A stretch of DNA of 62,673 nt, the filler included, from Choristocarpus tenellus KU-1152 (Eukaryota > Protista > Phaeophyceae): assembly GCA_964200185.2 (NCBI GenBank). It is 8 parts of 8 records of this genome, joined end to end, with 100 filler letters (N's around TTAATTAATTAA, not from the genome) between each part and the next. Parts side by side here need not be neighbours in the genome. Positions count along the whole stretch, not along the records: positions 29,971 to 53,371 come from CAXNAD020000250.1; 7 more parts are not named here. One strand, written 5' to 3'. Positions within the stretch are counted from its first letter, which is position 1; every line of letters starts with the position of its first letter. Both the position numbers and the translations under genes were made by a program. Positions 37,701-52,344 of the stretch are shown piece by piece. Under the pieces are notes generated by a model. It did no database searches. It saw only the letters and a program-made list of their open reading frames with translations, and was not told the DNA's origin.

Positions 37701-40700
37701 CCACATCGATGTTCAAGATAGAATAATTAAAAATAGAACACAACAGGGGTATCATAATAAAATCAATGGTTGCTCTTAAAGGCCAACCCCTCACTCACAC
37801 TTTACAAAAAGAAAGACAGCAATGACCACTGTAGTATGAATAGTCTGGTAAATAAAAAAGACCACAGAAGTGAGTGAACATAAGTTGAAATTCACATCTA
37901 CAAAACAGAGAGCTCCATTCCAGCAAGGTAGTCTTTTCATTTACGGCACTATTTGACACACTTGACAATCAACCTATGTTCTGCGCACGCCACCTAGTGG
38001 GGTGTCAGTCTGGTGTCAGTCAATCAACTTAAATCTTACACAAATAAGTTCTTAAGAACATTTTTTAAATTGCAACAGCCCTAAGGACTGCAACACTAAC
38101 ACACACCAAGACCTATTCAAAGGGAGATAAAGGAAAGTCAATCCAAAATGTTAACAGAGGTAAGACTATTCGACCTCTACATAGTCTGGTGTGGAAGGTG
38201 CATCCATCAATTAACAGCTCAGTCACTATTCCAGAAATGCCCAAGTGATGTGACTGACTGAGGGAGGTAGATCATCAACCAGTTAATAGGGGCACACTCT
38301 CCAAATATATATATATATACAAAAATTCATCCTTGTCTGATCATTTTCAGCCAGGCAAAGCTTGACCATGCCAATATTAAAGCAAAATCACACGAGATGT
38401 CAATATATGCATCATAGCAACACGCCACCTCAAGGTTTTTCTTTCAAAACAATCAACTTCAGTATCCTGTTCCCCCCCTCCCCCCACCCCTCTCCTCCTT
38501 TCACCCTATCAGCTTGGAGAAACTCTTGACTGTCACAGGTGCTGAGAGGCGGCATCTCTCCCTCTCCACTCCACTCCTGAGAGGCATGGAACTTGTGCTT
38601 CACAGAGAACGCCTCCACCTTGAAACCCACCACTCTTGCAGGTGGGGCCTAAAAAACCAGTTAGCAGTATGCACATTAATGTTACAAAAATGTAATGTTT
38701 ACTGTCTGCCATAAAGCTGTTTGTGTTTATGTTTGTGTCTCATAATTATGTGAGTAGGTATTAACGCCTGATGACGCACATCAAGGAAGAACAATCATCA
38801 AACAAGGTAATAAAACACAAGTAAAACAGGTTACAAAACCAATGGTATTTGATGTAGACACCTCAACTGAAGTGTCAATTTTATTTAAAACTGACATGAC
38901 TGCAACCTGAGGTGCAATAAAAAGGGTAAAGAACAACACAAGCACCCTTGTACCCTTAAAGCTCCACAAACCTCATCGTTGCTCCTGGGGTGATAGTCCA
39001 CAATAAGTCGCACATGATTATTGATGTTATACTTATCCCCGTCTATGGCTCCTACCAAGAAGCCCTGTGCATAGAAGGTCTTGGTAGTTCCCTGCCTCAC
39101 ATGAGGACAATAATATAATAGTAAGTAATGCACACAATAGAGTCAATCAGAGATATCCCTACAGCACTGACCTGCAATTGTGTTGCAATCCACAGTATTC
39201 TGCATTTCCTAGTATCATCGTGTCATATATTGTAATATCATAGTAGTGGAAAGGCACCGTGATTGCACAAAATTGATTAAAAAATCATGTTCATATTAAA
39301 ACAAGATTCATCTGTGACAAAAACAAATGTGGGCATTGAACATTAAGCCTGTGCTTATTGATTGATCTTTCTAATGGTAGTGATCCTATTGCTACAGAGC
39401 ATCACCGAATCATTTTTAGTTACTATTGTAAGAAAGTACTAAGGTAGGTAATAATGTCAAATAGCTGCTAATCACAAACCCACTTCCCTATTTGACACTC
39501 CATTTGACTCCTCCCCCTCCTGTGGTAGATAGAATGAAGGCATACCATGAATCTCAATTGATTTAGTCTGATGCCCAGAAAATATTCTACACAATGAGGT
39601 ACATACCTACCTTGAGGTACACTAGTAAGTACACACTGGGATGTAACGGACGAGTAAGTGAGAAAGGAAAAAAAAATGAAATACATTGGAGAATGTCGAG
39701 GTGTTGGAAAAAAAATAAATTCAAGCAAACCTGATCATCCATCTCCACAAGGGAGGCTGCAGGCAGGTTGTCAATGATCCAATTGTGGCGATACTCTTGT
39801 TTGATAGCAGCCCTGAGAGAAGGCAGGTCATCCTTTTGGAAGGTCACCTGCAGGAGGCATACAATGAAATTACAAACAATGAAGCGAAGTCTAAATGACT
39901 TTTCAAAGTGGCCACCCATCAACATCAAAAAACTGTTATTATTATTACAATGACATCGATACTGAGGTGGCAATACTCAAAAGGTCAACACATATGTATT
40001 TATTTTTTTACATTGTTGTTTGTAGTTCTGGTTTATTGTTGTTATCCCCTGATCCACCCATCCCTTGGGCAAAACTAAAAACTCCAAATTGTTCTGCCAG
40101 AAATAAAAATCAAGGACGCATCTCTTAAGAGCCACAGCTAGTATGATGTCTTTAAAAAATGCATCTACAGTTGATGGTATTAGAAAAATTGATACAAAAA
40201 CGTAAACCATAGGGATGACAAATGCAGTCCAACTCTACTAGACCACAAGTCTGTAAAAATGTACCTTTGACCATCCTCTCAACGCCTTGACTCCTAGAGT
40301 GTACAATCAGCACATTTAAATACTCACGGGGTTTTTCCAACTCACCCATGTTGGTGACACTCCTGAGAATCTCTGCATTTGTCAGTAGAAAGTGCTCATT
40401 TTTCATCTACGCACATAGAAACATGGCCACAACTTGCTTTTTTCACCTACACACTCTTTCATATACTGCAGTTGTAAATCAAAAGGACGGTATCAAGTGT
40501 ACATTACCAGTCTTGAATATTTTTTTTAACAAATCCACCAATAAATAACAAAAAAAGATGTCAAAATGGACAACTGTTGCAAAGGACTAAAAGGACTATA
40601 GCTCTGTGTAATGTGTGACATGCTCTATCCTGCTCACACTATGCACATGTGCCTATAACCCTTGACAACCTCCATCACTGCACCACAACACACATGAGGA

Positions 40701-41863
40701 GACATGTGTACTCACTCTTATGTCGGTGTGACATTACAACACTCAAGGTGAAACAAAGACCGCGTTGAAAGGATGATGTACACAATAATGACAAAATGCC
40801 TCACCTGGCAGAGCGGCTTGCACGCCTGGTCGTGTTGCATGTATATCTGATAGGGAGAGTTCTCAATCCGATCCCCTGTCAGGAACTCGCCGAGATTCTC
40901 AGAAAAGCGACGCACTTTGTCTGGTCTGAAACACAATTCAGAGGGTGATGAGCACATGGAAACGAAGTCATTACATTTTTTACCCCTTCAGTAGCACTAA
41001 AAATCCTCCACTCATCACGATCCCAAAGGATGAACGATCTGAACCATTCCTCCGTGTTTGGCAGGACTACGAGAAGGGCCATTGCAAGAAGTGTGTGAAG
41101 TGAAGTGAAGTATTCCAAATATGTGACTTGCATTATCATGTGGACAGTCGTTGACTTTTCCGAAATGAGTCCACAGGCAGGCAAAAAAAAATGCAATAAA
41201 AAAATGAAAACTCGCACGAAAGGGATCCAATTGAAGCTAGGAATCTTCATCACCGCTAGGAGATCTTGACAATCACTCGCGATAACAGGGACCAGGTTGT
41301 GTAAGATCTCGCATGTGTCCAGTAGATAAGGATAAGCTTAGGAGCTTACCGCTCGTTACAAGCATTGCGAGAATTTCAAACGCTTCTTCGCAGGTACACA
41401 CATTATGCACACTATACATTTATTAAATTCACAAATACAATGACTCCTTCATTAACCGTCAACAAACACGACCCAGACCGACTTTTTTTCCACAGTGCGA
41501 AGAAATGAACATACTGCGGAGCAGCCGAAAAGTGAGATCCCCGTATCATTGTCAATCCTTTTCCCGGTCACCAACCACCAGGGTGCAAATAGAACAACCG
41601 CTCAGTCAGCACCCCCCCACCATCAAACTCCTCGATCCCATACCAGTAAAAGCGAGGATTTCTCAATTCCAAACTCACCTGCAAAATGGAAGGCTATAGT
41701 AGTCTACTGGGAGTTGCGTCCTCACACTGGTAAGTTTGTTGACCTTGACAGCAACACTTTCTCCTGGCTCAAAGTCGATCGGCGCCACCCCTGGCAAGTA
41801 AAACCCTCGGACCAGGTGAACGGCGCCGACCAAAAGGCCGAGCACCAACCCATTTGGGGTCAT
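31707..41863 (-). CDS. Transmembrane 9 superfamily member (nonaspanin, EMP70/TMN, TM9SF2/4-like)
   Basis: 13 phase-consistent exons: 41863-41679, 40925-40805, 39847-39731, 39091-38972, 38648-38505, 36995-36861, 36188-36027, 35239-35118, 34386-34164, 33623-33483, 32949-32717, 32253-32037, 31715-31707. Motifs: signal peptide, [75 protein letters not shown]-terminal IKVD. Confidence 0.95.
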
Positions 41864-42537
41864 AGCCAGCCCTGGCGGAAGAAAGGGTAGAGCTAGTAGG
41901 GTGGGAGCGATTTCAGGACAAATGGCGTCAACGCCCAAATTGCCACCCAAGCGTAATAGAACGAAAGAAGGCAACAATAAATCACACAGAACCACGAACT
42001 GTCTAGTCTAATGAGCGAGGCATCGTAATGCAAATAAATTGACAGTCAAACTGCAAGGTGTTGGACTCCCTCCTTTCACGGTACGCACCCGCACACACCA
42101 TATCTCCCCGCAAGTACAACCATGACACACTTTAACGGAGGACCACAATACCCATTCACTACCCTAACCCATGCAATTTGCATATAGTACTAGTGTGGCA
42201 CCTTCCTGAATAATCTCACCTAACTAATAGTCAAGGGACAATGTCCAGCCCGAGTCACTGCCTAGGGTCCTAGGGACAGGAATGATCCACAAACCAAGAC
42301 AAGTTTCTTTCCTTCTAACAATAGAACATATTAAATAGTTGTGATTACTTTTTAGTCTATTCTTTACAAATAAAAAAATATCGTTGTTCTATATATGGCG
42401 AAGGCATGTTCGTACACAAGACCCATTCTTGTTAAGTTGTTGTTCTTACAAAGAAGGCAAGTTCCACGTTCTCCGCCTCAACCATCGCTGGGAATCTGGC
42501 CTTGAGCTAAACGCAGTGGGAAGGCAAAAAAAGAACG

Positions 42538-45382
42538 ATGAAGATCGTTTCCATCTCTGTACTCAGAAACAACAGGGACACAGCCGAGCCTGTGTTGTTG
42601 TCTCAAGTAAATGAGTTGACTTCGTTTGGGTTTTTTCAGAGACAAGGGTGAGCAAAAAGGTCTCCAGCTGACACGAATTGTCTCTGAGAAGCATCTGTCA
42701 TCACTGTGACATAAAATTCATGTGGTTAGTCTGACATATATCCTTGAAATATGACCGGTGGCATCGGAGGGGCTGGAACGCTTTGTGATTGGAGCTTCAT
42801 TTTTTAACTTCACCCCACCGATGCTTCCTTGGTCGATAGGGGGCTAGCTTTCCTCTTGTTGTGTTCCTGATCCTTCGCTCGAGTTTCCGAAGTAAACGTC
42901 TCTAGCTCCGATAATCAGGCAGTATAAGGGAGCAACATCCCTTCCACCCTCATACCTTTGGCACTTGTTTTGATTGGATTGGGTTGGTGTGATTGGGGGA
43001 CCAATTTTTTAGTGCGAGGTTTGGGAACCGAGGTTGTACGAGTTCACGCCGCTCGCCAGCATTGGAGTAGCTTCGCGTGCATGTTTGTTGTATGTGGGAC
43101 AGCCCCTCGTGCACTCACACCCGTCGATGGTGATTTCGTGGGAAATGCGGACGTTGTGTCTCCTTGAGTGAGTTTGTATATGGTCCATGGACTTTCATAC
43201 TCTGTCATAGGGCTAGTATCGCCCAGTTTCTCATCAAAGCGTGTAGAACGTGCGGCGAATTTCTTCGCCTGTCATTAACTTAATTTTGACAACCTGGGTG
43301 TCTCATGTGCCCTATCGGTGCCTCGATGGACAGCCTGGTTAAGTTGAACCATTGACTTATGTTGAGTTCATGCTGAAGCAGTAAGAACTGGAATGAAGAC
43401 TTTCCTTAACAGGATTGACATGTTACCTGACTTTGTAGTCCTCTGTTGTTATTATGTGTCGATTTGATGTCTTCAGCAGCTTTGATGGCACCAGGGTGGA
43501 TGGGTAACCCTAGAAACTTTCACATGCTGGGCCATACCTCACTTCAGATGTGATGTCAGAGCTTTGCTCTTGGCAAAAACATATAAGTATAGGGTAATCT
43601 CCTCCTATTGGTGCTGATGGGAAATACTTTGCTCTGCCTTATGTGACATGAGCTTGCTCACTTACCTGATCCTGTCCAGACATTTCTCATTTGTCCACCT
43701 GACGTACTTTGTTGTGTGTTGTGTCGATCAGGATCAAAGAGATGTGCACCTTCTTTAGCAAGACAATCGTCAAACGCACTCAAGCTGGGATGCGACAGAG
43801 TGTACAACATGAGGGTGAGGAGTGCATGTAGGGGAATGTGTGTGAAGTAGATGTCTGTTTTGGAGGGTGACAAGCCAAATCCCTCCGTTGTTTGAAACTT
43901 GCATTGCAAGCTGTTTTGATTGCACATATGAAAATAGTGTTTAGGGTTAGGGTTATCAGCCACAATAAAATGGCAACACCTAAACATCCCTCTCCAGAAT
44001 TTACATCTCCATGATGTAATGTACATCCTGTGACAATAATTTGTTGTGGCAGATTACAATGTGCATGTCTACATGAGGCATGATGGGCTTGCTGGAACTG
44101 TGACGGCAGACTTGGAATACCCACCCAGGGTGGCATTTGTGCTACTAACCCAGGTGCTTGATGTTCTCAAGATGGATCGCTATTATGAACAACTGGAGTT
44201 TAGACGCACTAGTACCATTACTTATGTGCCCATGACTGTACCTCCTGCATAAACCTCAACCTGCTGTGTCAAGTCTTACGCACAACATCAGCTGTTTGGG
44301 AAAGAGCCCACAGGCTGAAATCATCAAGAGGAACACTCTGTCTTGCCAGGGCATGAATCTTGCAACCTGTGAAGGTGTGAGACCATTGTATATTTTGTGT
44401 GTAAGGTGATGTGTTAGTACCTCCTATCATGTCTATTTCACGCTTACGTTAAAACTCAACTCACCTCCTGAGGTTTCATTGCTCCACTGTCCAAATAAAA
44501 TGTGTATATATATATGGTAGCTTTTGGAGCAGTATGGAGAGCAGGTTCGATGGCAGTCAGAGATTCGACATGAGGCTATTCGTTTCCCACCAATGGAGCA
44601 GGCAATTGTGGACTACCAGGACCCTGCTAAGGCTGATAAGATAACAAAGATACAGCGAGACCTTGATGAGACAACAGAAGTTTTGGTGAGAGAACAAAGG
44701 AAGAAGACTTGCATGTTTTCAAGAACAGTACACCCTCCATATTGTATGTAGTAAGAGTCAGCATGGTGTTATTGGACTTTTCTATAATATCGATTGTTTA
44801 AATAGTGTACCATTGATAGATAGTATTTGTTTCTCCTATGTTGGTGCTGAAGTGAAGCTATAGGGTCTTGTATTGATGTGGGCCCTATTTTTTTGAGATT
44901 ATAGGTTAACCTAATATACTTGCACTGGCAGCACACTGGGATTTGAATGCTCAAAGGTGGACTCCATTTCGACCCCTACCTGATTAGTCTGTTTTGGATA
45001 TGTACTCTTTTGAGATTGGACATTGTTGTACATGGTACAGAACAAGAGACCCTAAGATTAGCAGAATAGGACTCTTCTTCAGTGAAACGCTATCGACACT
45101 CAAGTTCCAACAGTGAACACCTGGCAAACGCACAATCCCCCTCCCTCCCACCGCCTCTCCCTCTGCCCTGCCTTCATTCCCTACTCCCTCACGTCCTCCT
45201 GATATTTGTACCCTGTGAAAAAAAAATGTGTGTATGACCCACAGCACCAGACAATAGACAATGTGCTGGAGCGAGGTGTTAAATTGGATGAGCTTGTAGA
45301 CCGGTCTGATGACCTCAGTCGACAGTCAAAGATGTTCTATAAGCAAGCACGGAAAACGAACAGCTGTTGTGTGATCAGCTGA
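42538..45382 (+). CDS. YKT6: Prenylated longin R-SNARE YKT6
   Basis: Exons 42538-42647, 43732-43814, 44053-44153, 44521-44685, 45245-45382 give MKIVSI...SFGFFQR...[14 protein letters not shown]...EYPPRVAF...[20 protein letters not shown]...[12 protein letters not shown]...[18 protein letters not shown] with a terminal CCaaX. Confidence 0.96.
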
Positions 45383-48300
45383 GTGCGACCTAAGGAGGGA
45401 GGGAGGACAGGGATAGGGGTGGACGGCCAGCCCCTCATGCACCTACTCACTCAAGAAGTATGGAAGATGTCTTTGCAATGGTTCTATGCTTTGTGTTGGT
45501 GGGCATAGATCATACAAAGATCCACACCATGATACCATGAGGAAGGCAGGAGTGGTGAGCAAGGGGGTGTGTCAAGGTAGCCCTCAGTTGTCCCCAGTGT
45601 TGGTTTCTGAAGGGTGGGAATCAACGGTTGGCTTAGGCTGTCATCAATATGCTCTCAAGAGAGATACTGTTTCAAAGAGAGCTCACACCTGTCGATGATT
45701 GCAGATTGCTCCCTTTCATGATTGCAGGTGTACCTCTCCAGTAATGTAACATCCAATGCGATGGTATGATGACTGTCATGTCACACCAACATTTGTTCAA
45801 TCCATGTCGAGTTACGTGTATGCAATGGAGGAGTGGGGGGGGGGAGGGGGGGGGAGCAAGTGTTGATGTTGACTAAGTTTACCCAAGAGGGGAAATTGAG
45901 TTTGCTTCCATTTGTGAAGCTCTCCCAAGTACTCTGGTTTAATATAGTTTTCATGATGTGCAGTGAGGGGTTGTGGCCTGGGAGGTGTGTTTCGTAAGTT
46001 ATTGTTAGCTATATAGTTATTGTACCTCAGTTCCATGATGCATGTTAGCTATTTGCAGCAGCATTTCTGTGGTCTCCCTTGAGAGAGCCCAACTTGTGCT
46101 GCCTTGTTGTTATATCGGGTGATCCAGGGGATTTGTATCATCTGCAGGGCCCCTGTGTTAGGGAAGGGGACTCGCTGTAAAGCTGGTTAGGGCAATAATC
46201 ATGGAAGGTGGAAGAGGATGGAGAGGCAATGCCATTTTACAGGGTTCGGCAGATCCAAGATGGGAGTGGTGCTGCGCTGAACACATTGTTGTGACAAGAG
46301 TCCTCATGGAAATATTGGCCAGTGGAACCGCCCTCTTGTTGATAAAGCAAAATATCGCTTGTTTTTTTTAGTGTACCTTATTTTGTCACACTGTGGTGGT
46401 CGCATTACTCCACAAGCAATCTTCGTTCCTTTTTTGGTGTGACTAATGCACTACACACATGCATATACACTCACAACAGCAAAGTTTACAGGCAGGGATG
46501 CCTTCATTAGTCCATAGATGATTGTACTTGCGTCTTCCATTAGTGATTCATTAGTGATCCATCTGCAGGGTTAGGAAACCGTTTTGTTGTAATGCAACTA
46601 GGTATCTTGGGAGGACAGGTGAGATGGGAGAAACTTGCTGTAGAGTGTAACAGCATGCCTGAAGGGAGCTTGCATTTTTGTCTGTTTGATTTTGTCTGAT
46701 TGAGGTTACTTTTCTTTTTGTTTTTTCCTGTCTGATGCACAACACTCACACAACACTCACAGGATTTTAGGTACATTTAAATGGACTGACTATGAAGAAG
46801 GATGAGCTTTGTGGGCTTGTGGCACAACCTGGAAGGGGTTTTTTTGTATCACTGCAGGGATTTTTTATTAGTCTCTTGTTTGTTCTTGCTTGCAGCCAAC
46901 AGGTGGGGGGATTCGTGAGGTCTCTCTGTATCCCTTTGTTTCTATATAGACTTCTAATTGTGAACTTTGATATGTCCCTTCAAAAAGTTTGACCTCTTGA
47001 GGGATATTCCTCCTATCAGCTGAGTGCCTTTTGTTGCTGAGTTGTATCAATAGGATCAACAATCAAGTGTGGGGCATCAAATTGGCCCAGAAATGCTGGT
47101 CCACAACAGTGGTTAGGCCTGTGAAAAGGGTGATTTCAAGTCATGCACACTCTTAGCAAAGAAAACTGTCAGAACAAGAGGTTGAGGAATGGTAGAGACC
47201 TGTGTAGTGAAGGAGGAGGAAGGGAGATGTGTAAACACACTCTCTTACCATGACATCAACAATAAAAGCTCCAATTGGAGGGTCCATGAGGTTGTCAAGA
47301 GAAGGAATTGACGGTGTGCAGGGGTTCAGGGGGAACGACATCCTGCTTGGGGAGTTAAATATATGTAGGTGTGCATATTTGAGGTTTTGCAACTCCACTT
47401 CTTAACCCTGTGAACAACAGAATAAATGTGCATTTTGTGGCATATGTGAGTGATGTACATCTTTTGTTTTATTTTAGGGATTAGCCAAAAAAAGGTACAA
47501 GAGTAGTGTTAGTGCACAGAACCCATCAGCTGCAACTGATATCATGAATTCCGTTACAACACAGGTGTTTGTTTCCTAGTAAGATACCGGATTAGTACGT
47601 GTCTACACACCATATTCTTTTGTAGAGTGGGGTATAGTACTGAGTCATGCGGTGGGAAGCCCTCCATGACCTGTGGTGAGACTGCAAAATATGATCCAGT
47701 AGAATAACATAAACATTAAACACAAGTGGAGCTTGATAGGATATTTGTTGCACTGTGTAAGACTTCGTCGTAAGAATTATTGGGGTATTTTGGTCCTAAA
47801 AATGTATTTTCACTGGAAGGGGGAGGGTTGCAACTTCCCAAAGATCTTGATTGTGTTGTATCAAAGGCCACCTTCATTGCATTTTCTCCCCTATGTAAAA
47901 CTTGGAAGGAGTGAAATAGTTTATCTTGCACCCTAAAGGCAAGGAATCATGCACCACCTGCTGCAGTCTGTTCCTTTTCAGATTCAACCTACACCTCACT
48001 TTTTGTCCATGATTTTGAATAAAAAGTGTAAACAAAGAGTCTAAGGAGAGACACTTCTGTCACATAGGTACACTAATGATGCCAAAGGTACACTTAACTT
48101 TGAAGTAGGGATGAATTTTGTGGTGGTGCAATACATTCATGCTACCCTTAAGTGCAAAGTGTCCAACAGACACAAAATGTACTGAATTTATGCAAGAACT
48201 TTCCATTCAGTTGACCCTTGTATCTGCAAAACCAGGTACTCATCTAGTGTTTCACAACATGTTAGGGAGGTAGTGAAGGTATGCACATGTTCCTCAGACC

Positions 48301-48397
48301 ATGAGAAACACATTGACATGGGAGTGGAGGTACTTTTTTTCAAAGCAGACGACTTCTAAGTGTTGTGGACGCATACTTCTTTCTTTAATATATAGTT

Positions 48398-51300
48398 CTA
48401 TCCGGACAACGACCGGATTATTGCAATATCGTCCTGTACTTGGTCCATCTGCCTCTTCTGAGCTGGACTCATTACCTCCTCCTGACGCAAGTCTTTTGTG
48501 CTTGCCGGCGACCTTCCTTCCCCAATCCCCGTCTCCAACCCCCACCCACAGCATCCAAAGTGGCCCTGGGATACACACTTAGCAAGGGGTACAATGTTTT
48601 CGACCCTTCCCATGCGACTGCCTGTTTGGCTTCTGGAACCATCCTTAAACATATCATGCACTCCAGTCTCTTGAATAGGCTCCTCATTAGCAGTAGCAGT
48701 AGTTGAACAGGATGGGTCAGTAGCAGCCCGCCCAGTTCTCATGCTTGTATTCACAGTCCTGTGTACCAGTCCACAAGAAGAAGAAGAATCCCGACTCTTG
48801 ATAGGACCTCCATAACCAAGTGTGGGAGCACTCATAGAGCTATTAAAACGCTTTGGGGGTGCAAGCCACTCTCCCTGTCCACTACTTTTTAATGCACCAT
48901 TTCCGTGACCAAGAGGAATGATATGATAGCTGGTGGGGGGTGTCTGATTGGAGTTTCTCCATGCCTTTTGTGGGGTGTAACGTCCAGGTTCCGATGCCTC
49001 AAATACACCCTCCACCATGCATGAGCGAGCTGGGTCATACATCGACTTAGCAAACATGTCTTCTGTCCCAATGGATGCAAGATCGGATCGACCAATGCCC
49101 AGGAGGGTACTCTTCTTTGGTTTGATAAGTCCATCCCGCCTGATTAAATCTTGTCTTCTGTCATGCTTCTCGCCACTGACAAGAAGAAGTGGATAAAGTG
49201 ACACAGGCATGTGGTGTGAATTGATGCTAAAGATCAGCCTATCCTGTTCATCTGGTGAAGATTCATCTGTCAATATTCCGAGAGGAACAAACGTTTTTAA
49301 CCCTAACCATTATACTCAACATATTGTACTATGAATCACTCGTGTAGTGTGTAACCCTGACCCTAACGGAAATAGCACATTGTACTAATGGCAACCACCT
49401 AAGAGGCTGGAAAACTCTCTCCTCGGTCCCCTCAATGGCATATTTTTTTGCTATCCAGGGAAAGCTCTCATTGAAATGGGTGCTGCATCATAAAACAATT
49501 TTCCCCTGGTGGGACCCCTGGTCTGCTGATCTCTGGTGACTTCCTGTAAAGCATGTCACTTGGACAACCATCCTCTTCACATACAGACATTTGCCAGGAA
49601 CCAATGGATTCCATTGTTCGGTCAGCAGTACAGCCAACAAATGAGAACCTACCCCTCTAAAGTAGAAAAAGAATACAGGTAATTCCTTCAGTATCTTTTA
49701 ATACTAGTAGTATATTCTGAAATATTGGAATCCCAATCTGCACTATACCAATGAGTGCATTAAGAGCTTCGAGGTAAGCGCCAAAAGGGGACCAGCACCA
49801 ATTATGACAACACATGGTCAAAGTCTGGCATTCATCTACTATTTCAAGCAGATAAGGCATTCCTGAGACACTCACCAGAGACAACGATAACTAGGAAGTC
49901 TGCACTGTGCTCACAGTTTATGTGTTCCCAGTTAGCACTAGTACCTAATAAAAGTTCAACTGTGTTCTCCTGAAATAGAGAGCAAACCGCTCTGGGCATT
50001 TCAGTTTGATTAAACATAGCTCTCACCTCCAGGCAGGAGCATAGAACTTGTAGAGAGAATCACGCAAGAGGATATACTCAGCACGCAGTGCCTCTTCTGA
50101 TAACTTCCCATTCTCCCTCTGGCACAAGACATGACCCAGAGTAATTCCAGTGAATATGAAATCGAAGTGTTGGTGCAATGTTGTGGTTTCGCCACTTCAA
50201 TTCTCTTGATGGTAGGTGAATACTTCCAACCACTATCAGACATAGTTTTCATTGTAGGTTAGCCAACATGAAAGTTAGGAAGGAAGATATCCATCAAAAT
50301 CTTGTCCAAGCATTGAAAGATTGCCCCAGATAGAAGTAGCACACCACCCCATTCTTCCTGCCACGAACATGGCCAATTGTGAAAAAACAATTGTGAGAAA
50401 ACATCTTATTCTTCAAAGTTAATGATACGCCCAAACTATCAATCAATGTAAAGAGACGAAGCTGAAATGCATGGGAAGGAGTCCAGTGGACAATGCAACA
50501 AGATAGCTCTTAATTAAGGAGTGTTGTGTCCATTTCTTGGGGCACACATAATCGGCATTATGATTAGTTGAGGGGTGTGTGGGCCTCAATAGACCTATTG
50601 TCCGTGAACTCTTTGGTGTGCAAACATCATGCTGGAGAGGACAAGATCATTTAGATAGCTGAATGTTGTCTCCATTGTTTAGGGCTATAGAGTGCTACAG
50701 GCAGGAGACCTTGTATAGTAACTGACTCTATCTAACCTTTCGTTTCTTTGCATGTGAAACTACCGGTTTTCAGTACTCTCAGTCATCACCCTGTACTGGA
50801 GATGGATAGTATTGATCGCAGCTCGTGCTTCTCCAAATGAACAACTCAGGATATTGTATCTGGTCAACAGACTCACCACTATACCAGGTTCCTTGTGGAA
50901 AGGAGTTGTGCACCTCCAGTTAGCAGGGTTGAAGGTTCCAGTGATGACGTTGAAACCATTCTTCTTGTCAAGGGCTCCAAGACGCTTTCTCCGGCGCTCA
51001 AGGTGGACCTTGCTCGTGTCCCTTTTTGTCTGTTCTTGTTCTAGCCTGGTCACATCCTGCTGTATCTGCGAGTACATTCGCCGCTGGAAACCCTTATGAA
51101 ATCGTGTTGTGGAAAGACCCTTCTCAAATGCAGCTTTCTGGGGGGTGATGGAAAGGAGAGTTGGAGTCGGGAAGTAAATGTATTTTTCTGAAGTGTATTC
51201 TGGCGAAGAGTCTCAGTAGCAGTGATTCATAAAAAAAAATATCGCTAGAAATATATACAAGTAGTTCGAAAGTACTTTAACATCTGAGTAACAAACTTGG

Positions 51301-52344
51301 TATCTAGTGCTTATTCTATCAGAACACGAGACACATGGTGAAGTAATGTGTGGGGACAATGATTAGGGTGTGATCATGTGTCGCTCTCCATGACTTGTGT
51401 GTGGCATGCCAGCCATGTTCTACACAGGTGGCATTAAAGAAGTTTGGCAGCCGTACAGGGAACATGGATGCCCGGTCTCTCCTCCATGCTTTCCACAAGG
51501 AGGGTACAAAAGGACGAGGAAATCTGGAGAATTTGTTTTGCTGTCATATGTATGTGTGGAAAAGAGGAGAGAACATCCAAGCAACTGGGGACAAGGAAGA
51601 AGTTCATTCAGGGGGCCAAAAGCCGAACCGGGTCTCAAAGAGACTCTGCGCACCCAGAAGGCATGGTGATAGACTTCACAGGGGCTTCTTTTCAACCTTG
51701 AACTAGGGGAACGGAGTTGGAGGGGACTTGTTTGTATAATATTTGCAGTCCGAAGGGGGTCTAGCATATCCAAAATTATTCAACAATGTGATAAGTACTC
51801 GGACAAATATTACAAAGGCAATGCTTCGAAAGCAACAGGGATGCTTTGAGGGAAATGTCCATGGTCTTTCCTTCAACAAGTACTTGACTCTGAGAGAGAG
51901 GTGCCAGGCTCCAGAAATCACTACACGCTACAGTACCGGATGTTGCGAATACGGAATACCCAAAAACCGATGCCTTTCCCTCCTGTGCAAAAGCGTACTA
52001 TACGATGGTACACTTAAGCTAAGTGAGCCTCTCGGTAAGGAGGAAGTGTTTCAGAAACGAAGTTGGATTAAAAGGACTGCTAGATGCTGAAAAGTGCAGG
52101 TGAACACCATCGTTAGGGATCTACAAGCCAAAACATCTCTGATCGATACCCACCTGTTCTACCTATGTCACCCCCCTACCTGGACTATTTGAGTTCTCCG
52201 CGGTAAAGTAGTCCCAGATTGTCTCCTTGAATTTGATGAGTGAGTACCATCGTTGTGGTGTGTGTATTCCCACGAGGTGAACTCGTGGTTCTCGGGATAA
52301 CCTGTTCTTTTCCCCACCGCCAGAAGCTTTGGATCTGTCCTCAA
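48398..52344 (-). CDS. Uncharacterised basic, hydrophilic protein; start codon not resolved
   Basis: Phase-consistent GT-AG exons 52344-52180, 51137-50877, 50118-50027, 49175-48398 splice into one open frame (…RLGALDKKNGFNVITG…LRDSLYKFYAPAWSGEKHDRRQDLIRRDGLIKPKKSTLLGIGRSDLASIGTEDMFAKSMY…). Confidence 0.7.

Noticed and set aside
51395-52090. Plus-strand ORFs of 85-115 aa
   Set aside because: They lie within an intron of the minus-strand gene and have no recognisable motifs.
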